DNA from: an uncultured Bacilli bacterium
GTDB lineage: Bacteria; Bacillota_I; Bacilli_A; RFN20; CAG-288
Reading direction: 5' to 3'
Assembly: GCA_948525355.1 (NCBI GenBank)
Contig: CAOSOP010000001.1
Span: 732-51,769 of the forward strand
DNA: 51,038 nt
A program made the position numbers and the translations under genes. Below are positions 46,036 to 51,038 of the stretch, piece by piece (the first letter of the stretch is position 1; the number at the start of each line of letters is the position of its first letter). The notes beneath the pieces are model-generated. The model saw nothing but the letters and a program-made list of their open reading frames with translations, had not been told where the DNA came from and searched no databases.

Positions 46036-46515
46036 TCAATTAAAGTTAGCTGCATAAACGAGTTCAACTCTCTTGTTCTCATTCTTAAACTCTTCCATGA
46101 TGAGATATGTCAGTTCAACCTCATCTTTATCAGTGCTTGTATAATAGTTTAAGAGCGCACGAGTTGAATCAACTTGGCAAACTGAATAATCATATCCAAG
46201 CTCGCTTATTTTCTTTTCAATCGATTTTTCTGCACTTATATAGCTATTTTCTACTTCGATTAAATTGATGTATTTTTCTTTCTCACTCTCTTTACAGTTC
46301 GTGAGTTTTATATTTAAATCATCAATAATATTTTTATGATATTCATTTCTCTGTTTATCTAATCCATCAAAATATGCTTTTCGCAGTTCTGCTTCGCTAG
46401 TTATTGTTCCTTGTACTGGTGTGCTATTTTGATTTTTAGGAATAAAGACATAGTATACTGATAGAACAAGTCCAAGAGAAAAAACAGATAAAAAAGCTAT
46501 GACGTGTTTATTCAT
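46036..46515 (-). CDS. Membrane-anchored protein, tentatively SpoIIIAH-like
   Basis: 159 aa with an N-terminal TM helix, a helical linker and a C-terminal alpha/beta domain. It lies downstream of efp, where the spoIIIA operon sits in Bacillus. Assignment is by pattern only. Confidence 0.3.
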   Translation of the reverse strand: MNKHVIAFLSVFSLGLVLSVYYVFIPKNQNSTPVQGTITSEAELRKAYFDGLDKQRNEYHKNIIDDLNIKLTNCKESEKEKYINLIEVENSYISAEKSIEKKISELGYDYSVCQVDSTRALLNYYTSTDKDEVELTYLIMEEFKNENKRVELVYAANFN

Positions 46516-46602
46516 TATTTCACCTCTATAAGATTATATTATTATAGCTCTAATATAATGATAAACACTGCTTTATAAGAATTTTGTCATTTTTTACTGG
46601 CA

Positions 46603-46627
46603 TAAAAAAACGAGTGTTACCACTCGT
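46603..46627 (-). terminator. Intrinsic terminator of efp
   Basis: Minus strand ACGAGTG-gtaa-CACTCGT followed by TTTTTTT. Confidence 0.7.
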
Positions 46628-47196
46628 TAGGCTCGACCATCATAATCACCAGTATCGGTTCTTACTGTGACCATTTCTCCGTTTTTAATGAACATTGGAA
46701 CCTTGATAACATAACCTGTTTCAAGTTCAGCATCCTTTTGAGGATTATTCACAGTATCACCTTTTACCGCATCATCAGTATGAACAACTTTTAATGCCAC
46801 TTTAACTGGTAATTCAATACCGAGAATTTCATTCTCATAATAAGTGATAGTAGCAGTTGAGTTTTCTTTAATAAAATTCATTTCCCACTTTAATCTCTCA
46901 CTTGGAATAGAAACTTGCTCATAGGTTTCATTGTCCATAAAGTATACATCACTGCCATCATCATAAAGATAAGTCATCGACTTCTTTGATAAAAAGATTA
47001 AAGCCTTTTTATCGCCTCCAAAGTATTGAAGTTCTTTGATAACGCCTGTGCGAAGGTTTTTAACCTTGAGCTTAACCTTCATCTTTGCCATAGCGGTTTT
47101 ATTGTGTGAAATGTCTAAAACTGTGTATATATCATTATTCTCATCAATAAAATTACGTCCTGGACCTAAATCATTTACACCAACATAATCAGCCAT
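46627..47196 (-). CDS. efp: Elongation factor P with non-canonical tip loop
   Basis: Full-length alignment by eye to B. subtilis EF-P (YLYDDGSDVYFMDNETYEQ, GIELP, VKGDT, ETGYVIKVPMFI). I chose ATG 47196 after AGGAG. The loop reads HNKTAMAK where HVKPGKGA is expected. Confidence 0.85.
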   Translation of the reverse strand: MADYVGVNDLGPGRNFIDENNDIYTVLDISHNKTAMAKMKVKLKVKNLRTGVIKELQYFGGDKKALIFLSKKSMTYLYDDGSDVYFMDNETYEQVSIPSERLKWEMNFIKENSTATITYYENEILGIELPVKVALKVVHTDDAVKGDTVNNPQKDAELETGYVIKVPMFIKNGEMVTVRTDTGDYDGRA

Positions 47197-47287
47197 AATA
47201 AATCTCCTTTTTTCAACTCTATTAATTTTACCACTTTCCATTTAAAAAATAAATAGGAAAATTCAAATATATACTATTTACTCGCAT

Positions 47288-49294
47288 TTATTTATAGCAA
47301 TAATCCTCGTAGTTCTCTTCACTAAATAAATTTGTTTGATAAACAGTGTTTAGAAGCGATTGCTTGTACAAAAACTTTGAGATTCCTAAAACAATTGCAA
47401 TCTTCTCCTCTTCACTTACATTTTCAACATAGTATTTCGTGACTGAACTTAGATTTCTTGACATAAATACATTGTTAAACAGAAAACCTAATTCATAAGA
47501 ATAAATCGCATGTAATTCCTTTTTATAAGTTGGAGAAAAAATGGAACTACTTAAATAAAAGTTGTTGTTATAATCAACGCCTATTAAGTCCAAAATTGTT
47601 GGAACAATAATATGAGGCGAAGTAAAGGTTTCTGTATAATACTTAACGCCTTGCGAATTAGTGGAATTGATGGTTTTAGTCAAGTCATCATTATAAATGA
47701 CCAATTCGGTTTTATATGTTCGATAGTCTTCATGAGAATCGGTATTATAAATAAGATGTGATAATGGCACATTAGATTTACCCTGATAATAAATGTCATG
47801 ATCACCATATAAAACAAATAATGTCTTGTCAAATATTCCCATCTGCTTTAATCCATCAATCATAATTCCTAGGGCATCATCAAAGCACATACAGGCCATC
47901 ATCCAATTATCAATACAGCTTGCTTCATTATTTGGATTACCCTCAAGAGGATTAATCCACTGTCCCTGTTTTTTTATCTCGTCTAATCTTGTTCGATAAC
48001 CTGCATTAATAAGTTTTGTCGCTGTTCCTGTTTGATAACTATAGCCTCCATGCATCGATAAACTTGTCCAAAATCCATAAAATGGTTGAGGTGTATTTTT
48101 TATATAACCAATAAGTCCTGTCCCTTTTTGATAATCACCCATCGTCACTGTATCCAATGTGTAATTATCCCAATCCCATGGAGACTCGTTTGGTGTTAAA
48201 TCTTCAAAGAAATATGTTTTATCAAAACCAAAGTTACTCATAAAAGTATTACGACGATATATGTCTTTGCTCTTTGGAACTGAGTGAGCATAGAAAGAAG
48301 TATACCCCCCCAATTTCACTAAATTTGGTATTGCAAAAGGAAACCCATAGTCGGTCTTTGAAAAATCAAATAAGTCAGTAGAATAACTACCAAGTATTCC
48401 TATTATTTCAGATATATTAGTTTTATTCTTCACATAGTTATTTTCAAATCTTAAACCATTAGAAGCAAAACTATATAGATTTGGCGTAGTAAATTCATTA
48501 ATCATTGAATACGCACCTGTTTCAACCATTATTTCAATTACATTATAATCATTAAGTAAACCAGTGAATGCGTTCTTAGTATCAACCTTACTGCTAAAGA
48601 AACTACGTAACATGTCTTTTCCCATATATGTTTTTCCTGGAAGTATCTCTTTTGCGTAATAAGTCAATGGACCAAATAAACTATAATTATTACTTCTTGC
48701 TAATGAGACCATTCCTGCTGAAAGATTATTCCTATTTTTTACTTCATAATTTGTTGTTAAATAGTTAGATAAAGAAAAGCTACCGACAGAAGATATAGTT
48801 ATTGCTAAGAAAAGACATAGGCGAGTTAATATATCTTTTTTCTTCTCTTCTTTATTAGTCTTCTGATCAACACGCACAAAAATTCTAAATAAGACTAGTG
48901 TGGTAACAAACACTAAGAAAAACACAATGGCTAAAGCAATCAGATGTGGTTTCAAATAAGAAATTGAAAAGAGATTTAGTCCCTCACCTAAATAATTTAT
49001 ATATGACAGTGAGAAAACATCGCCAAATAAAATATAATAGTGAGCATTAAAAACAAAAATAAAATCTAATGCAAAATAAATAGCGGATAAATAAATAATA
49101 TCAACTATTCTGTTTTTCCAAAATAATATCGGTAATGAAAAAAGCAGCAGGATAAATATATCACAAAAGAAATAATTATAAATCTTTGAAAACATAATAA
49201 TTGAAAATGTCCACTCTGCTATTAAAGCATAGAGCAGGAAGATCAAAATTTGTATTATTTTATATTTAAATAACTTTCCTAGCTTCATAAACAT
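47288..49294 (-). CDS. LtaS-like sulfatase-family membrane enzyme (lipoteichoic acid synthase / phosphoglycerol transferase family)
   Basis: 668 aa with about 5 N-terminal TM helices, then an extracellular sulfatase-like domain (IEIMVETGAYS, SMHGGY, VLYGDHD). Confidence 0.65.
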   Translation of the reverse strand: MFMKLGKLFKYKIIQILIFLLYALIAEWTFSIIMFSKIYNYFFCDIFILLLFSLPILFWKNRIVDIIYLSAIYFALDFIFVFNAHYYILFGDVFSLSYINYLGEGLNLFSISYLKPHLIALAIVFFLVFVTTLVLFRIFVRVDQKTNKEEKKKDILTRLCLFLAITISSVGSFSLSNYLTTNYEVKNRNNLSAGMVSLARSNNYSLFGPLTYYAKEILPGKTYMGKDMLRSFFSSKVDTKNAFTGLLNDYNVIEIMVETGAYSMINEFTTPNLYSFASNGLRFENNYVKNKTNISEIIGILGSYSTDLFDFSKTDYGFPFAIPNLVKLGGYTSFYAHSVPKSKDIYRRNTFMSNFGFDKTYFFEDLTPNESPWDWDNYTLDTVTMGDYQKGTGLIGYIKNTPQPFYGFWTSLSMHGGYSYQTGTATKLINAGYRTRLDEIKKQGQWINPLEGNPNNEASCIDNWMMACMCFDDALGIMIDGLKQMGIFDKTLFVLYGDHDIYYQGKSNVPLSHLIYNTDSHEDYRTYKTELVIYNDDLTKTINSTNSQGVKYYTETFTSPHIIVPTILDLIGVDYNNNFYLSSSIFSPTYKKELHAIYSYELGFLFNNVFMSRNLSSVTKYYVENVSEEEKIAIVLGISKFLYKQSLLNTVYQTNLFSEENYEDYCYK

Positions 49295-49363
49295 TTAAAA
49301 TAATACTACAAAACTTTTTCATATTCAATAAAATACTAAATAATAAATCTAAACATAATAAAT

Positions 49364-49819
49364 CTAACTATTAATCTTACATTCTTCAAACAATTCATCA
49401 TAGTAATGAGTTTGACTGATGATGATAAAGAAAAGCACAATAACATTGATGAGAAGCAAGTCAAAACCTGATACGATGTCGACAGTTTTATTATTTAAAT
49501 TATATGTAAGTAACTCAAAAAGTGTCACGATACATGAATAAACAAATAACACTTTACTATCACTAATTTGAAGAAAATGGTTTATTACCATTACTAATGC
49601 ATAAAAACCAATATGAAATAAGAAATAAATCAGCAAAGTAAGAAATGGATTCATTTCAATTATCTTGCTTTTATGATAACTGAAATTAATAAAATTTATT
49701 GCAAAACTACCTTCAACCAAACCGATTTTTAAAAGTGAGCTAACAATAAGGAGCACTATAAGTTTAATATATATTCTTCTCATAATTCTAATATGAGATT
49801 TTTTTGTTAAAATAAACAA
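49364..49819 (-). CDS. Hypothetical membrane protein
   Basis: About 4 TM helices. The start is uncertain: TTG 49819 overlaps the rpmG terminator, and ATG 49783 is an alternative. Confidence 0.35.
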   Translation of the reverse strand: MFILTKKSHIRIMRRIYIKLIVLLIVSSLLKIGLVEGSFAINFINFSYHKSKIIEMNPFLTLLIYFLFHIGFYALVMVINHFLQISDSKVLFVYSCIVTLFELLTYNLNNKTVDIVSGFDLLLINVIVLFFIIISQTHYYDELFEECKINS

Positions 49820-49844
49820 AAAGAACCTGAATTATCAGATTCTT
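49816..49844 (-). terminator. Intrinsic terminator of rpmG
   Basis: Minus strand AAGAATCTGA-taat-TCAGGTTCTT (one mismatch) followed by TTTTGTTT. Confidence 0.55.
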
Positions 49845-49852
49845 ATTGTTAA

Positions 49853-50008
49853 TTATTTCTTTTCTTGGTGAAGTGTATGCTTATCACATGTGTGACAATA
49901 CTTTTTCACTTCTAATCGCTCGGCATGCTTTCTTTTATTCTTAGTTGTAATGTAATTCTCACTCTTGCATACTGAGCATCTTAATGTAATTCCAGCTCTA
50001 GGATCCAT
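49853..50008 (-). CDS. rpmG: 50S ribosomal protein L33 (zinc-binding C4 type)
   Basis: [52 protein letters not shown] chose ATG 50008 after GGAGG, so the ORF-track N-terminal extension is rejected. Confidence 0.9.
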   Translation of the reverse strand: MDPRAGITLRCSVCKSENYITTKNKRKHAERLEVKKYCHTCDKHTLHQEKK

Positions 50009-50163
50009 ATAAAACCTCCGTAACGAGTTAATAATACCATATATCAACATTAAATAAAAGTATTTTTTTATTGTTCTAAGTTTTTGCTCACACTTTGACT
50101 AGTATTGATGTCACCAATTAGTGGAATTAGTACCATTTTATACATATAAAACAAGACTTATTA

Positions 50164-50991
50164 TTATTCCAAATATTTACCAAAATAATCTTTCACAACA
50201 TCTTCATTGTAACCATCTTCTCCACGCCAACATTCTATATAAAACCAATCATTTTTACCTCTTACTGGTCTATTGTACGAGCCTGGCTCAAGCACCCCGA
50301 TACAAGCAAGAATTTCAAGAATTACTGATCGCTCATCCTTGTTTGATTTAAAATTTGGAATATCCTTAAGTTTATCTCGTAAAATACTTGGATAATCATC
50401 TTTTTCGCATGACTTTGCTGCAACTAAAATATTTTTAAATATTTCTATATCATCTCTTGTAGGCTGGCTTATTTCTTCCTCTAAAAATCTTTCCAGATCA
50501 AACATTACATATATTAAATCGCTATGCCTAACACCACCCCACTTGATTCTTTCAAAATTTAGTACATTCAAATCTACATTTTTATAATAATCATTCCCAC
50601 AAAGACCACACGATTGTTCACAAACGCCGCAACGATAAGAAAAATTTGCTGGTCTACCATTTTCATCAAACCCATGTCCTGTTGCAACCGGTTTATATTT
50701 ATGCGATTTGATGCTTTTTGCTGCATTATATGATGCTATTCCAGAACGCCATTCAAGCTTATGCAAAGATAAACTGCTTAAAAATGCTTGCGCTATTTGT
50801 TCTTTAGATATGCCATTAGCTGCCTTTATAATTCTCTTTACGCAATCATCATGTGAGATACTTAATTTATCAAACATTAGTCCCATTTTCTTTGCATATT
50901 CAAAATCTTGAGGATCAGTAAATTTTTCACTCTTCCATCCTTTTGTTGACCAATAAGTGTTAAATAAAATCTGCTTAGCTTTTTTGTCCAC
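50164..50991 (-). CDS. Hypothetical 275-aa cytosolic protein with CxxCxxxCxxC cluster
   Basis: Long clean ORF with a GTG start 7 nt after AAAGGAG. It contains RCGVCEQSCGLCG. No family recognised. Confidence 0.5.
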   Translation of the reverse strand: MDKKAKQILFNTYWSTKGWKSEKFTDPQDFEYAKKMGLMFDKLSISHDDCVKRIIKAANGISKEQIAQAFLSSLSLHKLEWRSGIASYNAAKSIKSHKYKPVATGHGFDENGRPANFSYRCGVCEQSCGLCGNDYYKNVDLNVLNFERIKWGGVRHSDLIYVMFDLERFLEEEISQPTRDDIEIFKNILVAAKSCEKDDYPSILRDKLKDIPNFKSNKDERSVILEILACIGVLEPGSYNRPVRGKNDWFYIECWRGEDGYNEDVVKDYFGKYLE

Positions 50992-51029
50992 GATATACTC
51001 CTTTCAATCAAAAAAGCTAAGCAGATTTT
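50966..51029 (-). promoter_or_regulatory. Perfect 20-bp inverted repeat enclosing the SD and start codon of the 275-aa ORF
   Basis: AAAATCTGCTTAGCTTTTTT (50966-50985) is the exact reverse complement of 51010-51029. The 24-nt loop contains AAAGGAG and GTG. Confidence 0.6.
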
Positions 51030-51038
51030 GTTGACCAA

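Noticed and set aside
49853-50050. N-terminal extensions in the ORF track for rpmG (14 codons), efp (15 codons), pfkA, parE, tex, spoIVB, xseB and rsmH.
   Set aside because: In each case an internal ATG with a canonical SD at 6-9 nt matches the conserved protein N-terminus. The extensions start at weak or non-ATG codons without an SD.
50100-50131. Additional TAGT cores (50100, 50119, 50128) upstream of rpmG, and ACTA cores at 49305, 49335 and 49367, considered as further copies of the phased element.
   Set aside because: The spacings (19, 9, 30 and 32 nt) are not the exact 11-nt phase, and flanking similarity to copies A-D is absent.
50121-50351. 76-aa plus-strand ORF overlapping the 3' end of the 275-aa gene.
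   Set aside because: It has no SD, is low-complexity and is antisense to a longer well-formed ORF.
1-51038. A scan for CRISPR arrays, rRNA/tRNA genes, IS/transposase genes, integrases other than xerD, and prophage modules.
   Set aside because: I saw no direct-repeat/spacer array, no cloverleaf-like GC-rich ~75-nt blocks and no transposase or phage structural ORFs. The only recombinase is the housekeeping-type XerD in its conserved context.

Overview
The window is a low-GC (about 30-33% by eye), genetic-code-11 chromosomal segment from a Bacillota-type genome. Gene order matches blocks of the Bacillus subtilis chromosome: mraZ-rsmH; asp23-like, nusB, xseA, xseB, dxs, then recN-spoIVB; xerD-deoB; yqeG, yqeH, nadD/yqeK, rsfS; plsY, parE, parC, yneF. 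Intact sigK, spoIVB and a SpoIIIAH-like gene point to a spore-forming or formerly spore-forming lineage, perhaps Erysipelotrichia-like, but that is only a guess. Most of the window is housekeeping: thrS with a Thr T-box leader, pfkA-pyk-ROK kinase, tex, dinB, mgtE, mtnN, efp, rpmG and an LtaS-like enzyme. I found no rRNA, tRNA, CRISPR array, transposase or prophage genes. The clearest accessory island is 3892-6782 on the minus strand. It holds a 440-aa signal-peptide protein with a hydrophobic core and a His-rich C-terminal domain, followed 8 nt later by a 122-aa cytosolic protein. Upstream are two more paralogs of that small protein, and one of them sits behind a collapsed 53-codon remnant of the large gene. 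This layout resembles a polymorphic toxin/immunity array, but I could not assign either protein to a named family. Other signals not explained by the genes: (a) a ~44-nt intergenic element present four times, each made of TAGT cores phased at exactly 11 bp, two of them just upstream of cation transporter genes; (b) two tandem perfect inverted repeats over the promoter of an auto-inhibited-type Fic gene; (c) two related GC-clamped hairpin-plus-U-tract leader elements, upstream of an OB-fold lipoprotein gene and an FNT channel gene; (d) a strong-SD 21-codon uORF ahead of mgtE where an M-box would be expected; (e) an EF-P whose canonical KPGKG tip loop reads KTAMA; (f) a perfect 20-bp inverted repeat enclosing the SD and start codon of an uncharacterised 275-aa Cys-rich protein at the window edge. 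Functional calls rest on motif recognition and synteny read by eye; no database search was run.
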